From contig CAVWMH010000002.1 in the NCBI GenBank assembly GCA_963756075.1, positions 583,422 through 647,421 on the forward strand: DNA of 64,000 bases, in the 5' to 3' direction. Source of the DNA: Candidatus Dormiibacterota bacterium (GTDB taxonomy: Bacteria; Chloroflexota; Dormibacteria; Aeolococcales; Aeolococcaceae). This document shows positions 30,689-38,653 of this stretch, one piece after another. Under the pieces are notes generated by a model. That model worked only from the letters and a program-made list of their open reading frames with translations, had not been told where the DNA came from and searched no databases. Position 1 is the first letter of the stretch. Each line of letters opens with the position of its first letter. The translations under genes and the position numbers were made by a program.

Positions 30689-33600
30689 CGTGCGCGGGCG
30701 TCTCGCTCTCGAGTCGGGTGCGACGTACGAAGGCATCCTGTTCGGCGCGCGACTGCAACGCGCGCACAACGGTGAGGTGGTCTTCAACACCTGTATGAGC
30801 GGATACCAGGAGGTGATCACCGACCCTTCGTATGCCGGCCAGGTGGTCGTCATGACCTACCCGCTCATCGGCAACTACGGATGCCGTGACGACACCGCCG
30901 AGTCCTCGCGGGTGCAGTGCCGCGCGCTGGTGGTGCGTGAGCTCTCGGCGGACATCGGACATGCGCGCGGCGAGCGCACGCTCGAGGCAGAGCTGCAGCG
31001 CAATGGGATTCCGGGGCTCCGCGGCGTCGACACGCGCGCCTTGACCCGCCATCTCCGCGATCACGGCACGCTTCGAGGCGTGATCGCCGCATGCTCCGAG
31101 ATGTCGGCGGACGAGCAGGTGGATGCGGCTCGGTCAGCGCCGTTCGTGAGCGACGAGGACCTGGTCGGCATGGTCTCGATCCGCGAGCCGTGGAGCGCGT
31201 TCAGCGAGCCTCTCGATCCAACCCTGCACCGTGGCGTGATGCTCGCCGGCGGCGAGAACGCCTTTACCGGGATCAAGGTGGTGGTGCTCGACTACGGCGT
31301 CAAGCTGAACCAGGTCCGCGCGCTCTGCAGCCGTGGTGCCGAGGTGATCCTCGTCCGCCAGGATGCGCGCATCGAGGATGTGCTGCGGCATCATCCGCAC
31401 GGAGTTGTCCTCTCCAACGGGCCCGGCGATCCCTCGCGTCTTCCCCATGCGGTCCAGCTGTGCCGTGACCTTCTCGACCGGCGTGTGCCGTTGCTCGGCA
31501 TCTGCCTCGGGCACCAGATCCTCGGCCAGGCCGCGGGCGCCTCCACGTCGCGGCTCGGTTTTGGACATCATGGGGGGAATCACCCGGTTCGCGACACCGA
31601 GCTTGGGACCGTGTATGTGACATCGCAGAACCATGAGTTCCAGGTCGACGGCGCCTCCCTGCCGGCGGGATCAGGCTGGTACGTCAGCGAGCGCAATCTC
31701 AATGACGGCAGCGTCGAAGGACTGCGACACCGCGAGCTGCCGGCGTTTTCCGTTCAGTACCACCCGGAGGGCGCGCCTGGGCCCCAGGACAGGGCGGGTG
31801 TTTTCGACGAGTTTCTTGGGTTGTGCAGCGGGAGGCGGGCAGGGGGAGGGGATGCGCTTGCTCAGACAGCGCTCCGCGGTTCGCCCTCGCGCAACGAGCG
31901 AGCATCGCGCTCGGTCGAACCGCTACGCGAACTCGCTACGCATCCCCTCCCCCTGCCCGCCCTTGCTGTCGTCGATCAACTGGTCGAACATGCCCGCGCG
32001 GTGCGTGGGTCCGAAGCCGCCTCGGCTGCGGTCGCCGGGGCGCGGGCGCTCTCGGCGGGGGAAACGGAGCTTCCGAAGTGTGTGCTCGTGATTGGGTCGG
32101 GGCCGGTGATCATCGGGCAGGCGGCGGAGTTTGACTACGCGGGGACGCAGGCGTGTCGCGCGCTTCGTGAAGAGGGGATTCGCGTCGTGCTGGTCAACAG
32201 CAATCCGGCGACGATCATGACTGACGATTCGTCGGCGGATGCGGTGTACGTCGAGCCGCTGACGGTGGAGGTGCTCGAGCGGGTGATCATCGCTGAGCGG
32301 CCTGATGGGTTGCTGGCGACGCTGGGTGGGCAGACCGGATTGAATCTTGCGGTTGCTCTGGATGATGCAGGGGTGCTCGAGCGGCACAACGTGCGGGTGT
32401 TGGGAACGGGGTTGCGGGCCATCAGGACCGCCGAGGATCGCGAGCGATTCAAGGAGTTGCTCGCCGCGATCGGCGAGCCGGCTCCGGAGTTGGCAACCGT
32501 GTCATCGCTCGCGGAGGCGCGGGCGCTGCGCGATCGCATGGGTCTGCCGCTGGTGGTGCGCCCCGCGTTCACGCTCGGTGGAACCGGCGGGGGGTTGTGT
32601 GAGACGGAGGAGCGCTACGCGGAGACGGTGCTCGCCGGCCTGGCGGCGTCGCCGATCAGCCAGGTGCTCATCGAGCGATCGGTGGCGGGCTGGCGCGAGA
32701 TCGAGTACGAGGTCATCCGCGATGCGGCGGGGACGTGCATCACGGTCTGCAACATGGAGAACCTCGATCCAATGGGCGTGCACACCGGGGATTCGATGGT
32801 TGTCGCGCCTGCGCAGACCCTGACGGATCGCGAGCATCAGCAACTCCGTAGCGCCGCGCTTCGCATCATCAACGCGCTGGAGATTCAGGGCGGTTGCAAC
32901 GTCCAGTTCGCGCTCGCACCCGATTCGCACGAGTACCACGTCATCGAGGTGAATCCCCGGGTGTCGCGCTCGTCGGCGCTCGCGTCCAAGGCCACCGGGT
33001 ACCCGATCGCTCGGGTTGCCGCGAAGATCGCGGCCGGACGCCGGCTCGACGAGATTCCCAACGCTGTGACCGGCAAGACCTGCGCCGCCTTCGAGCCGGC
33101 ACTCGACTACTGCGTCGTCAAGATCCCGCGCTGGCCGTTCGACAAATTCCCCGAGGCCGACCGGCGGCTGGGCACGCAGATGAAGTCCACCGGCGAGGTG
33201 ATGGCGATCGAGCGGTCCTTCGAAGCGGCGTTCAGCAAGGCCATGCGCTCGCTCGAGCAACCACAACCGGACCCTGCGGTACTGCACGAACCGGTGCTCA
33301 TCGACGTGGCCAACGATCGGCGCGCGGCGGCCCTGCTGGAGGCGCTTCGGGGCGGCGCGACGCCCGAGGATCTGACCCGGCGGAGCGGCATCTCGGCGTG
33401 GTTTCTGCGCCGTCTCGGCACCATCGTGGCGTGCGAGGAGCGGCTGCGCTGGAACGGTCTCGACGACGACGCGCTCCGCGCCGCAAAGCGCGCCGGCCTG
33501 ACCGACGCACGCATCGCCGCGCTCACGGGAGCCGCATCGGAGCACGTTCGTGCTCGCCGCAGGGAAGCGGGGCTGCATCCGGTGTTCAAGTGCGTCGACA

Positions 33601-35333
33601 CGTGCGCCGCAGAGTTCGAGGCGGCGACGCCGTATTACTACTCGACCTACGAGGCCGAGGACGAGGGACCGGCAGCAACGGCGCCGGCACCCAACACGGT
33701 CGTGGTGCTCGGCAGCGGGCCGATTCGGATCGGCCAGGGCATCGAGTTCGACTACTGCAGCGTTCACGCCGCCATGGCGCTCCGCGCCCAGGGCGTCGAC
33801 GCGGTGATGGTCAACAGCAACCCCGAGACGGTCAGCACCGATTTCGACTGCAGCACTCGGCTGTACTTCGAACCCCTCGACGAAGAGGCGGTCACCGCGA
33901 TCATCAACGAGGAGCAGGCGTCCGGCGTCGTGGTGCAGTTCGGCGGTCAGACCGCGATCAATCTCGCGGAGCCGCTGGACACAGCCGGTGTCACGATCCT
34001 CGGGAGCAGCATCGCGAGCATCGACCTCGCCGAGGATCGGCGCGCGTTCGAGGGCTTGATGCGCTCGCTGTCGATCGCGCAGCCGCAGGGCGCGGCGACG
34101 ACGGATCTCGACGAGGCGCTCGCCATCGCCGACGACATCGGCTTCCCGGTCCTCGTGCGACCGTCGTACGTGCTCGGCGGCCGCGCGATGGAGATCGTGC
34201 ACAGCCGCAGCCAGTTGCTGCGATATCTCGAGGCCGCGATGGCGGCGCTACCCGCCGAGAACGGGCATCGCCGCGGGACGGTGCTCATCGATCGGTACCT
34301 GTTCGGCATCGAGGTCGACGTCGATGCCATCAGCGACGGGGACACGGTGGTCATTCCGGGTCTCATGGAGCACGTGGAGCGCGCCGGTGTTCACAGCGGC
34401 GACTCGATGGCGGCATACCCGGCCCGAATTCTCAGCGACGACGTCCGCGCCCTGATCGTCGACGCGACTGTGCGCGTCGCGCGCGCTCTCGACGTGCGCG
34501 GGCTGTGCAACATCCAGTTCGCCGTCCACCGTGGCATTCCCCATGTGCTCGAGGTCAACCCGCGCGCCTCGCGCACCGTGCCATTCCTGAGCAAGGTGAC
34601 CGGCGTGCCCATGGTCGAGCTCGCGACCCGCGTGATGCGTGGCGCGATGCTCGCGGATCTCGGCTGGACGACCGGACTCGTTCCCGCGCGGCCGCTGGTC
34701 GCCGTGAAGGCACCGGTGTTCTCGACGGTCAAGCTGATCGACGTCGACACCGCCCTCGGCCCCGAGATGAAATCCACGGGAGAGGTCATGGGGATCGACA
34801 CGGACCTCGGGGCCGCGCTCGAGAAGGCGTTTGTCGCCGCGCTCGGCGACGTTCCCATCACCGGTGGCGCTCTGTGCAGCGTGGCAGACGTCGACAAGGC
34901 CGAGGTGCTGCCGATCATCGCCCAGCTCAGCTCTCTCGGCTTCACGATCTACGCGACCGCCGGCACGGCCGCGGCGCTGGCGAGCGCGGGCATCTCGGCG
35001 GTATCGGTGGGCAAGATCGGCCACGGACGTCCCAACGTCATCGACGTGATCGAGGACGGCCGGGTGTCCATCGTGATCAACACCGTCTCGAACTTCGGCA
35101 CCGATGAGCTTGATTTCCGGGCGGACGGCGGCGCACTTGCGGCGGTTGGCCGCACCGTGAAGGACGGGTACCGCATCCGGCTCGCCGCCGAACAGCGCCG
35201 CATCCCGTGCTGCACGTCGCTCGACACTGCAGCAGCGCTGGTCGACGCCATCGGCCGCCACACCTCGGGAAAGAGCGTCAGGGTCGCGACGGTGCGCGAG
35301 TATCGGGACGGTGTGGTCCAGGCGGTGTCGTGA
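30681..35333 (+). CDS. carAB: carbamoyl-phosphate synthase small (carA-like, about 30681-31830) and large (carB-like, about 32070-35333) subunits in one uninterrupted ORF
   Basis: GTG 30681 overlaps the pyrC end. The CarA part has GICLGHQ and VQYHPEGAPGP. An 80-codon non-homologous bridge follows. The CarB part runs from LPKCVLVIGSGPVIIGQAAEFDYAGTQACRAL to the MGS-like C-terminus. There is no stop codon in any forward frame between 31800 and 32088. Confidence 0.85.
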   Translation: MPDVRGRLALESGATYEGILFGARLQRAHNGEVVFNTCMSGYQEVITDPSYAGQVVVMTYPLIGNYGCRDDTAESSRVQCRALVVRELSADIGHARGERTLEAELQRNGIPGLRGVDTRALTRHLRDHGTLRGVIAACSEMSADEQVDAARSAPFVSDEDLVGMVSIREPWSAFSEPLDPTLHRGVMLAGGENAFTGIKVVVLDYGVKLNQVRALCSRGAEVILVRQDARIEDVLRHHPHGVVLSNGPGDPSRLPHAVQLCRDLLDRRVPLLGICLGHQILGQAAGASTSRLGFGHHGGNHPVRDTELGTVYVTSQNHEFQVDGASLPAGSGWYVSERNLNDGSVEGLRHRELPAFSVQYHPEGAPGPQDRAGVFDEFLGLCSGRRAGGGDALAQTALRGSPSRNERASRSVEPLRELATHPLPLPALAVVDQLVEHARAVRGSEAASAAVAGARALSAGETELPKCVLVIGSGPVIIGQAAEFDYAGTQACRALREEGIRVVLVNSNPATIMTDDSSADAVYVEPLTVEVLERVIIAERPDGLLATLGGQTGLNLAVALDDAGVLERHNVRVLGTGLRAIRTAEDRERFKELLAAIGEPAPELATVSSLAEARALRDRMGLPLVVRPAFTLGGTGGGLCETEERYAETVLAGLAASPISQVLIERSVAGWREIEYEVIRDAAGTCITVCNMENLDPMGVHTGDSMVVAPAQTLTDREHQQLRSAALRIINALEIQGGCNVQFALAPDSHEYHVIEVNPRVSRSSALASKATGYPIARVAAKIAAGRRLDEIPNAVTGKTCAAFEPALDYCVVKIPRWPFDKFPEADRRLGTQMKSTGEVMAIERSFEAAFSKAMRSLEQPQPDPAVLHEPVLIDVANDRRAAALLEALRGGATPEDLTRRSGISAWFLRRLGTIVACEERLRWNGLDDDALRAAKRAGLTDARIAALTGAASEHVRARRREAGLHPVFKCVDTCAAEFEAATPYYYSTYEAEDEGPAATAPAPNTVVVLGSGPIRIGQGIEFDYCSVHAAMALRAQGVDAVMVNSNPETVSTDFDCSTRLYFEPLDEEAVTAIINEEQASGVVVQFGGQTAINLAEPLDTAGVTILGSSIASIDLAEDRRAFEGLMRSLSIAQPQGAATTDLDEALAIADDIGFPVLVRPSYVLGGRAMEIVHSRSQLLRYLEAAMAALPAENGHRRGTVLIDRYLFGIEVDVDAISDGDTVVIPGLMEHVERAGVHSGDSMAAYPARILSDDVRALIVDATVRVARALDVRGLCNIQFAVHRGIPHVLEVNPRASRTVPFLSKVTGVPMVELATRVMRGAMLADLGWTTGLVPARPLVAVKAPVFSTVKLIDVDTALGPEMKSTGEVMGIDTDLGAALEKAFVAALGDVPITGGALCSVADVDKAEVLPIIAQLSSLGFTIYATAGTAAALASAGISAVSVGKIGHGRPNVIDVIEDGRVSIVINTVSNFGTDELDFRADGGALAAVGRTVKDGYRIRLAAEQRRIPCCTSLDTAAALVDAIGRHTSGKSVRVATVREYRDGVVQAVS
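31834..31961. repeat. 128-nt palindromic element with perfect 23-bp terminal inverted repeats at the carA/carB junction
   Basis: GGCGGGCAGGGGGAGGGGATGCG (31834-31856) is the exact reverse complement of CGCATCCCCTCCCCCTGCCCGCC (31939-31961). Inner pairings are GCGGTTCG/CGAACCGC and CGAGCG/CGCTCG. Confidence 0.85.
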
Positions 35334-36181
35334 CCGCGGATCTGAGCAGGGCCGCCCTCGAGACCGGCGAGGTGCTCGTGGTGGAGCGGCTTGGCGGCGG
35401 ACTCCTGGAGCTGGTGGCGCGACTGCCGCACCTCGCAGCAACCGCCACGCCGGGCGCGTTTGCGCAACTGCGATGCGGTGAGACCACCACGCCGCTGCTG
35501 CGACGACCGTTCAGCGTTGCATGGACCCTGGACGACACCTGCGGCTTCGTCTTCGAGGCGGTCGGTGCGGGAACCCGCCTGCTCTCGGAGCTGCAGCCCG
35601 GCGATCCGCTCGACGTGCTCGGGCCGCTCGGACACGGCTTCAGCGTCGTAGACAGTGGGTCGGTGGTCTGCGTCTCCGGCGGCCTCGGGTGCGCTCCCTT
35701 CCCACTGCTCATCAACGAGCTCCGCCGCCGGGCCGTTGAAGACATTCTTGTCTTGAACGGAGCACGGACCGCAACCCGCCTCTACCCCGCCGAGCGATTC
35801 GCTCGCCCGGCGGCCCCGGTGGTGGTCGCGGAGGCGACCGACGATGGCACTCGCGGCCACCACGGGCCGGTCACCGACCTGCTCCTCCAGGCGCTTGGCT
35901 CGCGCCCATCCGCGCTCTACGCGTGCGGACCGAACGCGATGGTCGGCGCCGTGATGCGAACGCTGCTCGAGTCGGGGGCCGACCTGCCGCCGACGCTCGA
36001 GGCTTCGCTGGAGGCCCCGATGGGCTGCGGCTTCGGGACGTGTCTGGGGTGCGCGCTGCCGGTGCTCGGCGACGACGGAGACCCGGTCTGGCGGCTCTGC
36101 TGCACCGACGGTCCCGTGATGCCCATGCGCGACGTCGACTGGGATGCACTCGCCGCGCTCCCGGGGGCGGACGTCGCGTGA
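35330..36181 (+). CDS. pyrK: dihydroorotate dehydrogenase electron-transfer subunit
   Basis: GTG 35330 overlaps the carB stop (GTGA). Ferredoxin-reductase-like domain plus the C-terminal 2Fe-2S Cys cluster GCGFGTCLGCALP...CCTDGP. Confidence 0.85.
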   Translation: MTADLSRAALETGEVLVVERLGGGLLELVARLPHLAATATPGAFAQLRCGETTTPLLRRPFSVAWTLDDTCGFVFEAVGAGTRLLSELQPGDPLDVLGPLGHGFSVVDSGSVVCVSGGLGCAPFPLLINELRRRAVEDILVLNGARTATRLYPAERFARPAAPVVVAEATDDGTRGHHGPVTDLLLQALGSRPSALYACGPNAMVGAVMRTLLESGADLPPTLEASLEAPMGCGFGTCLGCALPVLGDDGDPVWRLCCTDGPVMPMRDVDWDALAALPGADVA

Positions 36182-37041
36182 GCGACGACGGATTCAGCGG
36201 CGTCGATCTCGGGCGGGGCCTGACCCTTCCCAACCGCGTCGGCCTCGCGAGCGGAACCGCCGGCTACGGATTCGAGCTGGAGCAGCTGATCGACATCAAC
36301 CTGCTGGGCGCGCTCTACACGAAGGGCACGACCATGCATCCGCGCGAGGGAAACCCACCGCCGCGCGTCGCCGAAACCGGCGGTGGCATGCTCAACAGCA
36401 TCGGCCTTCAGAACCCGGGAGTGGACGTCGTGGCCACCGCCTATGCGCCGCGGTGGCGCGGCTGGGCGATCCCGATCATCGTCAACATCGCCGGTGGCTC
36501 GGTCGATGACTATGTGCAGTGCGTCAGGGTCCTTGAACCGGTCGCTGAGGTGGCCGCAATCGAGCTCAACATCTCGTGTCCGAACATCGCCCAGGGGCTC
36601 GACTTCGGCCGCGACCCGGATGCCGCGGCCCGGCTCGTGGCGGCGGTGCGCGCGGTCACCGAACGCTGCGTGATCGTGAAGCTGAGCCCGAACGTCACCG
36701 ACATCGCCGCGGTGGCACGCGCCGTCGAGGACGCCGGCGCCGACGCGGTGTCGGCGGTGAACACTTACATCGGCAGAAAGATCCACCGGGCAACGGGACG
36801 GTCGGTCCTCCCTCTCGGAACCGGAGGCCTGAGCGGCCCCGCGATCCAGCCGCTGGCACTCGCTGCCGTCGCCGCCGTCGCGGACGCCGTGCACATCCCG
36901 GTCATCGGCGTGGGCGGCATCGTCGATGCGGCGTCCGCCCGTGACTTCCTGATCGTCGGTGCGTGCGCGGTGCAGATCGGGACCGCGACGTTCGTCAACC
37001 CGGAGACCGCCCTGCAGGTGCTTGACGGTCTCCGGGATTGA
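36178..37041 (+). CDS. pyrD: dihydroorotate dehydrogenase B, catalytic subunit
   Basis: GTG 36178 overlaps the pyrK stop. Contains LPNRVGLASGTAGYG, NISCPN and GGLSGPAI motifs. Confidence 0.9.
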   Translation: MSDDGFSGVDLGRGLTLPNRVGLASGTAGYGFELEQLIDINLLGALYTKGTTMHPREGNPPPRVAETGGGMLNSIGLQNPGVDVVATAYAPRWRGWAIPIIVNIAGGSVDDYVQCVRVLEPVAEVAAIELNISCPNIAQGLDFGRDPDAAARLVAAVRAVTERCVIVKLSPNVTDIAAVARAVEDAGADAVSAVNTYIGRKIHRATGRSVLPLGTGGLSGPAIQPLALAAVAAVADAVHIPVIGVGGIVDAASARDFLIVGACAVQIGTATFVNPETALQVLDGLRD

Positions 37042-37064
37042 CCACTACTGATTGACGGCGCGCC

Positions 37065-38480
37065 TCAAACTCGCGAGCCGGCCTCCACCGGCGTCGGACT
37101 CAAGTGGCCGTTGAGCGACATCACTTCTTCGGGTGGCTCCATGTCGATCGCCACCTCGCCGTGGAGGAGGAGATCGCCAACCTCGAGCTCGCGATCGGTC
37201 ATGCGCAGCGGCACGATGAGTCCGACGAGCTTGATCACGACGAACGTTGCCACGGCGTCGTACACGATGATGAAACCGAGCGCGATCGCCTGGAGCAGCA
37301 GCTGCTTCGCGTTGCCGTAGACGAGGCCGGTGACCGCGACCGACGCCGTCCCGGCGGTCCCCACGTACACGATCATGTTCGGAGAGGCGAGCACACCGGT
37401 CATCAGGCCGCCAAACGCTCCCGCAACGCCGTGGGTGTGGAACACGCCGAGCGTGTCGTCGACCCTGCCGGTGAAGAGTCGCGTCTTGCCGAGCACGTTC
37501 ATCGACAGCCATGGAAGGACTCCGGCGCCGACACCGATGGCGAATGCCGCGTAGGCATTCACGTAACCGGCTCCAGGAGTGATCGCGACCAGGCCGGCGA
37601 TCATGCCGCTGATCATCCCGATGATGGTCGGCTTCTTCAGGAAGAAGATGTCCATGAGCATCCAGACCAGCAGCGCGGTGGCCGTGCAGAGGTGGGTGTT
37701 GAGCACGGCTGCCGATGCATCGGCGTTGGCGAAGTACGGATCACCGCCGTTGAAGCCGCTCCAGCCGAGCCAGAGCAACCCTCCTCCGGCGACCGCCATC
37801 ATGACGTTGCTCGGCGTGTTGTTCTGGCGGTCCTTCAGCATGCGCGGACCGATGACCGCTGCAGCAACGAACGCTGACACCGCCGCCGCGACATGGATGA
37901 CGTAGCCACCGCTGTAGTCGACGGCGCCGAGGGAGCCGAGCCAGCCACCGCCCCAGAGGCTGAATGCACCGACCGAGTACACCAACGTGATCCAGAGTGG
38001 GACGAAGAGCGCCCACGCCTTGAAGCTGATGCGTCCGAGCAGCGCGCCGCCCAGGATGATGACCGTGATCGTCGCGAAGACGAACTGGAAGTAGACGAGG
38101 GACGACATCGGGAAGCGCATCGCGGGGATCAATCCGCTGAGCAGCGGGATACTCGCCTGCTGTTCGAGGTCAGTCGCCCCGGCGACAGGGTGCGGTATGC
38201 CGACGAACGTCGTCGCGGCCCCACCGACGTGCAGCGGCTGGCCGAAGCTCATGTCGTATGCGAAGAACATCCAGATGACCAGCGTCATCGCGAAGGCGTA
38301 GACAACCATGAGCGCTGAGTTGACGGCGAACTTGCGCTTCATCAACCCCGCGTAGAGGATCGCGAGACCGGGGATGCTCATGATCCCGACCAGCGTCGCC
38401 GACGTCAGCTGCCACGCGGTGTCGCCGGAGTTCAGCCAGGTTGGAGCCTCGTTCAGGGCCGACAGCATTGCGTACCTCAT
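37065..38480 (-). CDS. amt: ammonium transporter
   Basis: AWQLTSATLVGIMSIPGLAILYAG, GYVIHVAAAVSAF and GVFHTHGVAGAFGG motifs. Start is ATG 38480 or 38468. It has a roughly 50-aa C-terminal cytoplasmic tail and no adjacent glnK. Confidence 0.92.
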   Translation of the reverse strand: MRYAMLSALNEAPTWLNSGDTAWQLTSATLVGIMSIPGLAILYAGLMKRKFAVNSALMVVYAFAMTLVIWMFFAYDMSFGQPLHVGGAATTFVGIPHPVAGATDLEQQASIPLLSGLIPAMRFPMSSLVYFQFVFATITVIILGGALLGRISFKAWALFVPLWITLVYSVGAFSLWGGGWLGSLGAVDYSGGYVIHVAAAVSAFVAAAVIGPRMLKDRQNNTPSNVMMAVAGGGLLWLGWSGFNGGDPYFANADASAAVLNTHLCTATALLVWMLMDIFFLKKPTIIGMISGMIAGLVAITPGAGYVNAYAAFAIGVGAGVLPWLSMNVLGKTRLFTGRVDDTLGVFHTHGVAGAFGGLMTGVLASPNMIVYVGTAGTASVAVTGLVYGNAKQLLLQAIALGFIIVYDAVATFVVIKLVGLIVPLRMTDRELEVGDLLLHGEVAIDMEPPEEVMSLNGHLSPTPVEAGSRV

Positions 38481-38653
38481 CTCTAACTCTGCCGATATGT
38501 GCATGTACAAGGTCATGCGCCTTGCACGGAACTCTCGCAGAGGAGGGCTCGCGGTTCTTCGGCCGCCGCGCACAGATCCGAGGCGCTTGGTCTGTACGCC
38601 GCGCACGAGTCACAGGTCGAGGTGCACAGAGGTCGCCGAGCGACGACCTCGGA

